A DNA stretch of 60,671 nt from a virus. Its lineage: Duplodnaviria; Caudoviricetes. The notes under the pieces are model-generated. The model was not told the origin of the DNA. It saw nothing but the letters and a program-made list of their open reading frames with translations, and did no database searches. Both the position numbers and the translations under genes were made by a program. Positions 1 to 8,654 of this stretch are shown one piece after another (position 1 is the first letter of the stretch; each line of letters begins with the position of its first letter). The stretch is taken from the IMG/VR virus record IMGVR_UViG_3300049455_000013, positions 1 to 60,671 of that record; one strand, 5' to 3'.

Positions 1-279
1 GTACCTGCCACACGGGCATCCCCAACGCCTGCACCACAGCGCCGAAGTCGCGCAGTAAGTACGCTTACTTTCACACGGGCGCGGTCGACATTACGGCGGG
101 AGAGATGGCCGTGGGTCGGATTTCCACGGGCGGCGGCTATGTCGACATCCGTTGGGGCTTCCAGGCGGCGGCCGAGCACTACGACTCGACCAGCGCCCAG
201 GCGGCCGTGGTCCGGGCCGGCGAGGACAAGCACGGGATCTGGGTGGCCGGCGCGGCGCTGCCCGGCGCCGACCTGGCCG
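1..279. repeat. Terminal direct repeat / circular overlap, copy 1
   Basis: Matches 60393..60671 except for 10 C/T differences at 65,71,91,92,122,138,140,142,148,152. Confidence 0.95.
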
Positions 280-962
280 AGCTGAAGCGCTCCCCGCTGT
301 CGGGTGACTGGCGGCGCATCGGCGGGCAACTGGAGCTGGTGCACGCGCTCGCGGTCAACTCCCCCGGGTTCCCGGTGCCGCGCGCTTCGGTGGTGGCCGG
401 CGCCCAGCTCGCCCTCGTGGCGGCCGGCGTGCTCCAGGTGGACGAGGAAGCCCGGACCAGCTTCAGTCCGGACGACGTGCACCAGCTCGTCATCGAGACA
501 GTGCACGCGACCCGGCGCGCGGAGAGCAACTACGCTCGGGCCATGGCCGCGCTCGGCGCGATGGATGACGCGGCCGACACGAGCACCACGGCTCAGCGCC
601 GGCTACGGGCACTGAGCGCCGCACAGACGTTCGGCCTTCGGTTCAGGCACGGCTGGATCCCGATTGGCGACAGCGAGAAGACCAAGGTCAAGTTCAAGGG
701 AAAGCACGACCAGCTCGTCGAGTCGAACCTGGCCAAGGGCGAAAGGGACGGCCCTACGCTTCACGGCTTCGGCAAGGCGTTCGAGGGCAAGACCGCGCGG
801 AAGGTAGCCGAGGAGTACGAAGCCGGCAAGCACGGCACCGACCCGAACAAGATCCCCCATCAGGCCCGGCTGTTCCTGAAGGGGCGCAAGAAGGCGAAGG
901 CCGACTTTGAGGCAGCCAGCGTGCTGCACGGCTATACCAAGAACAGCACGCGCTCCGACTGA
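1..962 (+). CDS. Capsid maturation protease, 3' part (gene starts at 59273 and wraps across the junction, ~693 aa)
   Basis: In frame with the 59273 ATG via the overlap; motifs VRAGEDKHGIWVAG, LSGDWR, ALAVNSPGFP typical of cluster-B-like actinophage head proteases. Confidence 0.8.
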   Translation, partial: TCHTGIPNACTTAPKSRSKYAYFHTGAVDITAGEMAVGRISTGGGYVDIRWGFQAAAEHYDSTSAQAAVVRAGEDKHGIWVAGAALPGADLAELKRSPLSGDWRRIGGQLELVHALAVNSPGFPVPRASVVAGAQLALVAAGVLQVDEEARTSFSPDDVHQLVIETVHATRRAESNYARAMAALGAMDDAADTSTTAQRRLRALSAAQTFGLRFRHGWIPIGDSEKTKVKFKGKHDQLVESNLAKGERDGPTLHGFGKAFEGKTARKVAEEYEAGKHGTDPNKIPHQARLFLKGRKKAKADFEAASVLHGYTKNSTRSD

Positions 963-988
963 CGGAGCCACGGAAAGAGGAAAACGCG

Positions 989-1171
989 ATGTGTGGATGT
1001 GGTAGTTCGGCGGTCTCCGGGCCGTCCGGCGCGGCCGTGGTACACGTGGCCACGCCGAACCGGGGCGAGGTCAAGGAGTTCGACGACAAGGCGACGGCGG
1101 ACGCCTACGTGGCGGCCCTGGGTGGCGGTACGGTGCTCACGCAGGCCAGGCAGTTTGCGCAAGCCGCATGA
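989..1171 (+). CDS. Small MCGCG-start hypothetical protein
   Basis: 60 aa; AGAGG RBS; typical actinophage head-region gene. Confidence 0.65.
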   Translation: MCGCGSSAVSGPSGAAVVHVATPNRGEVKEFDDKATADAYVAALGGGTVLTQARQFAQAA

Positions 1172-1410
1172 CCGACCAGAAGCCCAGCGTTGGGCGGATC
1201 GTGCACTACCAGTCCTACGGCACGCCGGGCGGCGAATACCAGAGCGTCTGCCGCGCTGCCGTGGTGACCGAGGTCCACGGGCAGGACGGCTCGGGCGATG
1301 TGGTGAGCCTCGCCGTGCTCAACCCCGAGGGCATGTTCTTTAACCGTCGCGTGCCGCAGGGCGACCCGGGCCATAGTGGCGGCACCTGGCACTGGCCCGA
1401 GCGGGTATAG
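1168..1410 (+). CDS. Conserved phage hypothetical protein
   Basis: ATGA overlap; PSVGRIVHY...RAAVVTEV...WHWPE. Confidence 0.75.
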   Translation: MTDQKPSVGRIVHYQSYGTPGGEYQSVCRAAVVTEVHGQDGSGDVVSLAVLNPEGMFFNRRVPQGDPGHSGGTWHWPERV

Positions 1411-1420
1411 GCGGTAGCAC

Positions 1421-2626
1421 GTGGCGTATCCGGTCGACGTGACCACGGTCGTCGTCAACGGCTCATTCACGGCGGCCCAGCCGAGCGGCGCCGTACCCAC
1501 CGGTACCGTCTCGTTCTACCCGAACGTGATCCTGGTGGACGCGGGCACGGGCGTCATCATCGAGCCGGCGCTGGTCACGGCGACCCTGGACGTTGCCGGC
1601 GCCTTCTCGGTGACGCTGATGTCCACCGACGACACCAGCGTCCAGCCGGCAGGGTGGGCGTACTGGGTGCGCGAACGCATCGACGGGTACGGCGAGCGCG
1701 TCTATGTTGTGCAGCTCCCGGCGGCCGGCACCCCGTTCCGACTCGGTGACCTCACCCACCTGACGACGCCACCGGCCGTGACCACGTTCGTTCTGGTCTC
1801 GCAGATCGGGCAGCCCAACGGGGTCGCCTCCCTGGACGGCTCGGGCCAGGTGCCGGCGAGCCAGCTCGGCAACGCATCGGGCGGCGGCGGGGTGCCCAGC
1901 TCCCGGACCATCGCCACAACCGCGCCGCTGACCGGCGGGGGCGACCTGAGCCAGAACCGCACTCTGGCAGTCTCGGGGGCGACCGGCGCGGCGGCCGGTG
2001 TCGTGCAATTGGCCGGCGACCTGGGTGGTACGGCGACCGCGCCGACCGTTCCCGGGCTGGCCGGCAAGGCGGCATCGGTCCACACTCACGTGGAGAGCGA
2101 CGTAGCCAGCCTGGTTGCCGACCTGAGCAGCAAGACGGACAAGGCAACGCTGACCACGAAGGGCGATATCTATGCGGCCTCGGGCGCGAGCACGCCCGCG
2201 CGCGTGGCGGTCGGAGCCAACGGGACTGTGTTGGTGGCGGACTCGGCACAGGGGTCCGGCGTTAGGTGGGCCATCCCGTACGCGATCCCGCCGTTCAGCG
2301 TGCCGGGTACCGTGGCAGTCGCGGCCGGCGCGGCGAAGATCTACAACGACTCGGGCCGGACGCTGGCCGTGCAGTCGATCCGGGCCTCGGTCGGCACCGC
2401 GCCGACCGGTGCCAGCCTGATCGTGGACGTGAACAAGAACGGTACGACGATCTTCACCACGCAGGGCAACCGGCCCACGATCGCGGCGGCCGGAACGACC
2501 TCGGGCAAGGTCACGAACATGGACATCACCAGCCTCGCCGATGGCGACTCCCTGACCGTGGACGTGGATCAGGTGGGCTCGGGCGTGGCCGGCTCGGACC
2601 TCACGGTGCAGATCTCGGTGGCCTGA
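1421..2626 (+). CDS. Virion fibre-like structural protein (head fibre or minor tail)
   Basis: 401 aa Gly/Ala/Thr-rich; NGVASLDGSGQVPASQL fibre motif; C-terminal beta-sandwich-like segment. Confidence 0.7.
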   Translation: MAYPVDVTTVVVNGSFTAAQPSGAVPTGTVSFYPNVILVDAGTGVIIEPALVTATLDVAGAFSVTLMSTDDTSVQPAGWAYWVRERIDGYGERVYVVQLPAAGTPFRLGDLTHLTTPPAVTTFVLVSQIGQPNGVASLDGSGQVPASQLGNASGGGGVPSSRTIATTAPLTGGGDLSQNRTLAVSGATGAAAGVVQLAGDLGGTATAPTVPGLAGKAASVHTHVESDVASLVADLSSKTDKATLTTKGDIYAASGASTPARVAVGANGTVLVADSAQGSGVRWAIPYAIPPFSVPGTVAVAAGAAKIYNDSGRTLAVQSIRASVGTAPTGASLIVDVNKNGTTIFTTQGNRPTIAAAGTTSGKVTNMDITSLADGDSLTVDVDQVGSGVAGSDLTVQISVA

Positions 2627-2627
2627 C

Positions 2628-3338
2628 GTGTCGCGGCAGTTCGTCAAGTCGTTCCACACGGACTACATCACCATGTCAGCGGGTGCGGCCAGCGGAATCG
2701 ACGGTGGCCCGGTGACCCTGGCCCTGCTCTGGAAAGCCGACTCGGTGACGGACGCGGGGCTCATCACCGGGCGCAACGGCTCGGCGGCCAACGTGGTCGA
2801 CGTGAACCCGTTCAGCGGGGATGGCCTCAACTACTTCGCGGCGGGCGGCTTCACGTCGACCTCAGCGTGGACCTCGGGCGTCTGGTACCTGTCCGCCTGG
2901 ACGAAGGCCAACGGATCGGCGGCCGTGCGGTCGCACACGTACAACTACACCACTACCACCTGGATCCACGCGAACCATGGCAGCGTGAGCGATTCGGTCA
3001 ACGGGCCGGTGGTCGACTGGCGGATCGGGATGATCGCAGGCTCGGACCGGCTGGACGGCAAGATAGCGGCGGCCGGCGTGTGGGGCTCCGTGCTGGCTGA
3101 CCTCGCGCTGGAGGGCATGACGGCCACGCTCGCGTCCTGGCTGGCCCAGTCCCCGCTGGCGCTCTGGGGGCTCAACCAGGGCTCGGTGGCGACCAACGTG
3201 GTTGACCTGACCGGCGGGGGTGCTGACCAGATCGACATCAGCGGCACCAACGTGTCAGCCGACGAGCCGGCTCCGTGGTCCTACAGTCTCGGGCCGGGCG
3301 GTCCGGCGCCTGGTCGGTGGGGGATGGTGCATATCTGA
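2628..3338 (+). CDS. Concanavalin A/LamG-like domain virion protein
   Basis: WYLSAWT...WRIG...LDGKIAAAGVW...L pattern of the LamG fold. Confidence 0.6.
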   Translation: MSRQFVKSFHTDYITMSAGAASGIDGGPVTLALLWKADSVTDAGLITGRNGSAANVVDVNPFSGDGLNYFAAGGFTSTSAWTSGVWYLSAWTKANGSAAVRSHTYNYTTTTWIHANHGSVSDSVNGPVVDWRIGMIAGSDRLDGKIAAAGVWGSVLADLALEGMTATLASWLAQSPLALWGLNQGSVATNVVDLTGGGADQIDISGTNVSADEPAPWSYSLGPGGPAPGRWGMVHI

Positions 3339-3667
3339 TGGGTGCCTCCGAGGAGATCGACTACCTGCTAGGTGTCCTGGCCGGCATGGCGCGGCAGGAC
3401 ACCAGCGAGCCGTGGCCGGACGAGTTCGCCAGCGTCGGCACCGCGTTGCACCCAGCGTCCACCGAGCGCCTGATGGAGTACTGGGCGCATGGGCCGGGCG
3501 CGGCAAAGGTCCGTTGGCTTGAGCCGTGCGCGTTCTGCCGCTGCCTGGAGCACGTCGGCAAATACTTCCGGAAGAACCCGAAGGGCCTGTGCGCCAACCT
3601 GGAGAAGCGTGCCACGGGGCATCGGCCGAACGTCGAGAACAGCCGGACCAAGCATTGTCCCTGCTAG
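3338..3667 (+). CDS. Head-associated hypothetical protein
   Basis: TGATG overlap; LMEYWAHGPGAAKVRW...RC...KY...GLCANL..RATG motif seen in actinophage head-region proteins. Confidence 0.65.
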   Translation: MGASEEIDYLLGVLAGMARQDTSEPWPDEFASVGTALHPASTERLMEYWAHGPGAAKVRWLEPCAFCRCLEHVGKYFRKNPKGLCANLEKRATGHRPNVENSRTKHCPC

Positions 3668-3752
3668 GCGGCACTGTCTGTCTACTATGGACGGATCTTG
3701 AGCTGGATCCTTTACGTGGTCGATCCGGATGAGCGTTCTTGCAGGTCAGGGG

Positions 3753-3920
3753 CTAGCTCTTGGGCCACGCCGCATACAGCCACGTGAGGGCGATGAGGAA
3801 CAGGCCGACCCAACCCAGGTGAACGCTGGTACCGGCCGCCGCGCGGGCTCGGGCCGAGAAGCCGTACAGGCCGAGGCACAGTACGCCGAGGATCAGCAGG
3901 ACGAGCAGAAGTATGGTCAT
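3753..3920 (-). CDS. Small two-TM membrane protein (55 aa)
   Basis: Hand translation MTILLLVLLILGVLCLGLYG...VHLGWVGLFLIALTWLYAAWPKS; below the ORF-track cutoff. Confidence 0.6.
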   Translation of the reverse strand: MTILLLVLLILGVLCLGLYGFSARARAAAGTSVHLGWVGLFLIALTWLYAAWPKS

Positions 3921-4009
3921 GGCTCATGGATACCCGTTTCGGGGCAGCGCCACACTGTGCCCTGTAGGCTAGGGTCTATCACCCGAATGGACAGAGAGGG
4001 GCGGGTCTA

Positions 4010-4369
4010 ATGCGGCTGCTGTGGGCCATCTGGCTAGCAGTGCAGAACCTTCCCGGCACCCTCAAGCGGATCGAATGGAAGCTGGGGAAGATCATGGGAG
4101 TTCTGGAAGACGTGGACGCGCAGGTCACAGCCATTGAGGCGGCCGTGACCGACATCGAGGCCACGGAGCAGCAGGTGGCCGAGGCCGCCGCTGCCATCGA
4201 GGCGAAGCTGGCCACCCTCGGCCTGACCCAGGCGCAGCAGGACGCGCTGGCCGCCGACGTGCAGCGGATGCGGGACGCGACCTCTTCGCTCACGGGCGTG
4301 AAGACCGCGCTCAACGACGTGACCACCGGCCTCAACGACGCGACCGCCGGCACCACGCCGGCCCCGTAA
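4010..4369 (+). CDS. Coiled-coil hypothetical protein
   Basis: Heptad-like Ala/Glu pattern; alternative start at 4094. Confidence 0.65.
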   Translation: MRLLWAIWLAVQNLPGTLKRIEWKLGKIMGVLEDVDAQVTAIEAAVTDIEATEQQVAEAAAAIEAKLATLGLTQAQQDALAADVQRMRDATSSLTGVKTALNDVTTGLNDATAGTTPAP

Positions 4370-4412
4370 GGCGGTACGATCCGAACGGATTGACGACCCC
4401 GTGGGGGTAATA

Positions 4413-4462
4413 GACGCAACGCCCGGACTCTTTATCCCCGTGGAGAGTCCGGGCGTTGCGTC
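4413..4462. terminator. Bidirectional terminator-like hairpin
   Basis: Perfect 19-bp inverted repeat (4413-4431/4444-4462) between convergent genes. Confidence 0.8.
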
Positions 4463-4471
4463 GTACGTGGA

Positions 4472-4765
4472 TCAGTCGATGGCCTGCCAGTGCTGGCCGG
4501 CGAACGTTACCCCGCCCGGCTGCCAGGCCAGCGCGGCAAGCCCGAGCGCCAGGTGGTTGAAAGCGTTGGCCGTGGCGCCCTTGGTCTTGGAGCGGTACTG
4601 GATCACGTCGCCCTGGCTGGCTACCACGTCCACGGCGAGCGCGGCCCACTCGGTGATGCGGAGCTGCCGGGCGGCTGGCTCCATCCGGCGTAGCTCCATG
4701 ATCCGTAGCGGCACGGCAGCGCTGAGCGCGATCCCGAGTAGACCATCAGCGTCCGGCCGGCTCAT
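4472..4765 (-). CDS. Hypothetical protein
   Basis: ATGA overlap with upstream gene; ANAFNHLA..LA.LA.QPGGVTFAGQHW. Confidence 0.7.
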   Translation of the reverse strand: MSRPDADGLLGIALSAAVPLRIMELRRMEPAARQLRITEWAALAVDVVASQGDVIQYRSKTKGATANAFNHLALGLAALAWQPGGVTFAGQHWQAID

Positions 4766-4941
4766 GCGCCTTGCAGCCAGTCTCGGGGCTTGAACCCGCC
4801 CCGCTTCAGCCACTCATCTAGCGCCCCGAATAGCTCGGCCGCCCGGCCGTACTCCAGCGCGGCGGCTTCGGTGAAGTCGCGGGCCGCGTTGCCGCGTTGG
4901 ATGGCCTCGCGAATCTGGGCCAGTGTGGCGTCTGGGTCCAT
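4762..4941 (-). CDS. Small conserved actinophage protein (59 aa)
   Basis: Hand translation MDPDATL...LDEWLKRGGFKPRDW. Confidence 0.75.
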   Translation of the reverse strand: MDPDATLAQIREAIQRGNAARDFTEAAALEYGRAAELFGALDEWLKRGGFKPRDWLQGA

Positions 4942-4942
4942 G

Positions 4943-5401
4943 TCACACGCTCCAGCCTGCCGGGCGGCGCTCGCGGATCAGGTCACGGACCGAGCGCCTG
5001 GATACGAACAGGAACCCGCCCCGCAGGGTCTTGGCCAGGTTCGCCTCGTAGGCGACCTTGTACCCGTACTGCCGGCTGATTCCGATCAGGGTTCCGACCA
5101 GCTTGAGCGGAACCAGCTCGTCCGGGTAGCCGATGTGCCAGGAGACGAGTCGACCGAGCGGGGTGCGCCAGAACTCTTCGCCGTCCGGCTCCGAGATCAG
5201 GCACTCGGCAACCTCGCTGGCGGCAGCGGCGGATGCGGCCTCGTCGTCGATCGCGTACAGCCGGGCCACGAGATCGCGTACGACGTAGGTCACGGAGACG
5301 CCTTCGGGGCACTTCCCGAACAGGCGGGTGGAGCGCCGGTACAGCCCGGCGACGAGGTTCATGAGCTGGTCGCGGACCAGTTCTTGGCTGGTGATGGTCA
5401 T
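4943..5401 (-). CDS. Hypothetical protein, possible C-terminal HTH
   Basis: Operon context; LVGTLIGISRQYGYK. Confidence 0.6.
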   Translation of the reverse strand: MTITSQELVRDQLMNLVAGLYRRSTRLFGKCPEGVSVTYVVRDLVARLYAIDDEAASAAAASEVAECLISEPDGEEFWRTPLGRLVSWHIGYPDELVPLKLVGTLIGISRQYGYKVAYEANLAKTLRGGFLFVSRRSVRDLIRERRPAGWSV

Positions 5402-5898
5402 CGCTCTCCCCCCTTCATCTCAGTGAAGGCGTCGGCCCAGTCCCGATCTGTCCAGAGGTTGGCGGTGCCGGTGGCGGGGATGTAGCTCCACCAGTCGGAC
5501 CGCGCAGCGGAATCCCTTCCGCGCTTGCGATCGCGCTTCGAGCGCCGCTGGAAGCCGGGGGAGAGGTGACGGAGGATCGAGCCCCACATCTCCAGGTAGA
5601 GCGAGTGGAGCTGGTCGTCACGCGCCGTGTCCTTGAACTTCACGTATCCGATGTCGTCGGCCATCCGCGCGAGCGCGGCCCCCCATTGCGCCTTCGTGCA
5701 GTAAGCCCGGTACTCGTAGTCCGTGCCGGCGAGCTTGATCGTCTTGCCCAGCTCGGGCAGATAGTCCTGGCGTAGCCGGTTGAGATCCTGGGCGCGGCGT
5801 GTGCGGACCTGGAGCACACGCGGATCCTTGTTGGGGTCGAACGTGCCGGGTGGTCGCAAGGCTGGCATAAACATTCCGTCACTTGTCGCTACAAACAT
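5398..5898 (-). CDS. Conserved phage hypothetical protein
   Basis: Preceded by CCACCTGGAGG; LQVRTR..DL...TDYEYRA...IGYVKFK. Confidence 0.75.
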   Translation of the reverse strand: MFVATSDGMFMPALRPPGTFDPNKDPRVLQVRTRRAQDLNRLRQDYLPELGKTIKLAGTDYEYRAYCTKAQWGAALARMADDIGYVKFKDTARDDQLHSLYLEMWGSILRHLSPGFQRRSKRDRKRGRDSAARSDWWSYIPATGTANLWTDRDWADAFTEMKGGER

Positions 5899-5970
5899 GG
5901 TCTTTTCCTCCAGGTGGTTCGGGCGCCGACAGCGCTCCAGGTGGGAGGATTCCGGCGCCCGCGCGTTGGG

Positions 5971-6327
5971 TCAGGAGCCGATGTCACTCGACTTAGGGAC
6001 ATAGAGCCGGGCGAGCAGCTTCAGGGCACGTGGCGCGATGTACCGCTGCACGCTCATTCCGCTGACCCGCTGGGTACCCGGCGCGACGCCGATCGGATCT
6101 CCGGCGGCATCTTCGATCAGAGCTTCGCCTTCGGACTTAATCGAAAACACGCCCGTGGTCTCCTGGCTTTCGAGCCCCGTGGGTCGAGAGATGCGGATCA
6201 TACGGTTCGGGTCGCCCAGGTCGGCGGTAATCCGCATGACCGGCCGGCCTTCCACGTGCAACTCATAGATGGAGACGGAGCCGAGGGTCTCGGTGTAGTG
6301 GATTGAGGCCTCGTTGCCAAGCTTCAT
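5971..6327 (-). CDS. Hypothetical protein
   Basis: Preceded by the CCACCTGGAGG RBS motif. Confidence 0.7.
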   Translation of the reverse strand: MKLGNEASIHYTETLGSVSIYELHVEGRPVMRITADLGDPNRMIRISRPTGLESQETTGVFSIKSEGEALIEDAAGDPIGVAPGTQRVSGMSVQRYIAPRALKLLARLYVPKSSDIGS

Positions 6328-6362
6328 AGTGGTCCCCTCCAGGTGGGATTACGGATCTAGCG

Positions 6363-6404
6363 TGAGCGGCCGGGCCTTGAACCCGGCTGGCTGCCAGTCG
6401 CCCA
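6363..6404 (-). ncRNA. Miniature tRNA-like (T-arm) element in an intergenic region
   Basis: Minus strand TGGGCG-A-CTGGCAGCCAG-CCGGG TTCAAGG CCCGG-C-CGCTCA: closing stem, small hairpin and T-arm-like hairpin. Confidence 0.4.
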
Positions 6405-6405
6405 G

Positions 6406-6570
6406 TCAGTTGACGCAGCACCGCATGTCGCCGCACGGCTGTCCGCGCGCGGGGCATTCGCTGCCTCGTGGGTGGAAGTGGTGGCACCCGCAGCAGTACT
6501 CCGGATCGTGTTCCTCGTGTCCGTCACCTGGCTCGTGCTGACAGTGCTCGTGTACCAGCTCAAACGTCAT
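6406..6570 (-). CDS. Cys/His-rich 54-aa peptide (metallothionein-like composition)
   Basis: MTFELVHEHCQHEPGDGHEEHDPEYCCGCHHFHPRGSECPARGQPCGDMRCCVN; GGGAGG RBS; first ORF after a promoter. Confidence 0.65.
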   Translation of the reverse strand: MTFELVHEHCQHEPGDGHEEHDPEYCCGCHHFHPRGSECPARGQPCGDMRCCVN

Positions 6571-6605
6571 CTTGGCTGACCTCCCTGGTCGTTGTGTATG
6601 CCTTG

Positions 6606-6635
6606 ACTATACACGCCACATGACAGACCTGTCAA
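6606..6635 (-). promoter_or_regulatory. Sigma70-type leftward promoter with overlapping palindrome
   Basis: TTGACA-N18-TATAGT; TGACAG-AC-CTGTCA at 6621-6634. Confidence 0.75.
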
Positions 6636-6887
6636 CTGAGCGGGCAAAGCGAACGGCACCCCGGAGTGTTCACAGAGTGCCGTTCGCTACCTGGAGGCAG
6701 GAGGACCAATTCCGACCCTTGCGATCGAGTGTAAGTCCTGACCTCACAACCGCGCCACCTTCTGTCGGTGTTTCCGGTGCGCCTTGCTGGCCGATCATCG
6801 CTCCAGGTAGAGTCGCCGTAACCGAGGCGCGTCGGTGCTGGCTGTGGGCCGGTCGAGCGTGGGTACGGCGATAAGGACGCGCTACCC

Positions 6888-8594
6888 ATGACGATCAAGC
6901 TGGATGAGATCCAACTCCCCTCCGACTTCTCCGCAGTGACCGACGACCAGCTTTCCGAGCTGGACTCCGTGGCCCGTGAAGCTGCCGGCCCGCTGGCCGA
7001 GCGCGTGGGCAACGGCGAAGACCTCAGCGACGACCACCTGCAGGCGCTGGAGCGCCTGTCCAGCGTCGTTACCGGGATCGCCCAGGAGCAGGAGCGCCGC
7101 GTTTCCGTCGCCTCGTCTGCCGCCGACAACGCGGCGCGGGCCAGTGCGGCAGCGGCCACCTTTGCGACCGCTGCGCCGGTCGCCCCCGAGACCGTGGCTC
7201 CCGAGGCCGTGACCCCCGTCGAGCCGGTCAGGGCACCCAGCGTGGGCTCCGTGGCTGCCGCCGGTACCGGCTCTCCGAGCCAGGCGGCGGCCGACACGAC
7301 CGCGCCGGCCCGCGAGTCCTACACCCGCATGGTGGCGGCCAACACCGCACCGGGCATGACGCCGGGCCAGGAGTTCGCCGACATTAACCAGGTCGCCGTG
7401 GCGCTTGAGGCCGCGATGGCGGCCTTCGGCAACCTCGGCGAGGGCCAGGTTTCGCGGACCAACGTCGTGCAGCTCCAGCGCAACTACCCCGACGAGCTTC
7501 GCATCACAGCGAAGGACTCGCGGGGCACGATCATGGACAAGCTGGACGCGGCCGGGCGCGAGCCCGAGGGCGGCCTGGTCGCGGCGGCCGGTTGGTGCGC
7601 GCCGTCCGAGATCCTGTACGACCTCTTCGAGCTGGAGAACGGCACGGACGGGATCATTGACCTGCCCGAGCTTCAGATCCACCGGGGCGGCGTGCAGGTC
7701 ACCCCGGGGCCGGACTTCTCCGCGATCTACGGCGGCGCCGGCTACTGGCACCAGACGGAGGCGCAGGTCATCGCGGCCACCGTCAAGCCGACGATGGTCA
7801 TCCCCTGCCCGACCTTCACGGACAACCGCCTGGAAGTCGAAGGCGTCCAGATCACCGGAGCGTTCCTCCAGGATCGGGGCTACCCGGAGCTGGTGGCGCG
7901 GTTCACCCGGGGCGCGATGGTGGCGCACCAGCGCAAGCTCAACATCTTCGCAATCAACAAGATCGCCAACGGCTCGACGGTGTTCGACTACACCAACGCG
8001 GCCAACATGGCGACCACGACCACCGAGTTCAAGGATCTGACCTCGCTGAGCCGGCTACTGGCTATCGCGGGAACCCAGATCATGGACTACCGGTACAAGT
8101 ACCGCATGGGCTTCGCGGCCACGCTGGAGTGCGTGCTGCCGTTCTGGGTGATCGAGTCGGTGCGTGCCGACGTGCAGCGCCGGATGGGCGTCACCCCCGA
8201 TGAGGCGTACACCGTCTCGATTCAGCAGCTCACGGGCTGGTTCGCCGAGCGCGGCGCGCGCCTTCAGTTGGTCTACGACTGGCAGGAAGCGCTCAACAGC
8301 ACCGGCTCCCCGAACACCGCGACCACGGTGGGCCAGTCCGCCGGCATCTACACCCTTCCGACCACGGTCTACATGCTGCTGTACGCGGCTGGTACCTGGG
8401 TCCGGGGCGTGGCCGACGTGATCCGCCTGGACACGGTGTACGACAGCACCAACCTCGCGCTCAACCAGTACATCCAGCTTTTCACCGAGGATGGGATCCA
8501 GGTCATCAAGCGTGGCTTCGAGTCCCGCATGGTGAAGACCACGATCGACCCGAGCGGCACCACTTCGGCCACGACCAACATGGTCACCGGCTGA
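6888..8594 (+). CDS. Major capsid (hexamer) protein with N-terminal scaffold-like region
   Basis: 568 aa; LVAAAGWCAPSEILYDL, KPTMVIPCP, RLDTVYDS..L..N.Y..LFTEDG typical of cluster-B-like capsids. Confidence 0.9.
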   Translation: MTIKLDEIQLPSDFSAVTDDQLSELDSVAREAAGPLAERVGNGEDLSDDHLQALERLSSVVTGIAQEQERRVSVASSAADNAARASAAAATFATAAPVAPETVAPEAVTPVEPVRAPSVGSVAAAGTGSPSQAAADTTAPARESYTRMVAANTAPGMTPGQEFADINQVAVALEAAMAAFGNLGEGQVSRTNVVQLQRNYPDELRITAKDSRGTIMDKLDAAGREPEGGLVAAAGWCAPSEILYDLFELENGTDGIIDLPELQIHRGGVQVTPGPDFSAIYGGAGYWHQTEAQVIAATVKPTMVIPCPTFTDNRLEVEGVQITGAFLQDRGYPELVARFTRGAMVAHQRKLNIFAINKIANGSTVFDYTNAANMATTTTEFKDLTSLSRLLAIAGTQIMDYRYKYRMGFAATLECVLPFWVIESVRADVQRRMGVTPDEAYTVSIQQLTGWFAERGARLQLVYDWQEALNSTGSPNTATTVGQSAGIYTLPTTVYMLLYAAGTWVRGVADVIRLDTVYDSTNLALNQYIQLFTEDGIQVIKRGFESRMVKTTIDPSGTTSATTNMVTG

Positions 8595-8607
8595 CCCTGA
8601 ACGGAGC

Positions 8608-8632
8608 GGGGGCCGGCTGCAAACCGGCCCCC
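8608..8632 (+). terminator. Hairpin after the major capsid gene
   Basis: GGGGGCCGG/CCGGCCCCC stem. Confidence 0.55.
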
Positions 8633-8654
8633 CGACCTCCCGAAAGGGGAGAGC

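Noticed and set aside
1-279. DGR template/variable repeat pair or true physical terminal repeat
   Set aside because: No reverse transcriptase seen; differences are only C/T; the repeat falls mid-gene, consistent with a circular assembly overlap
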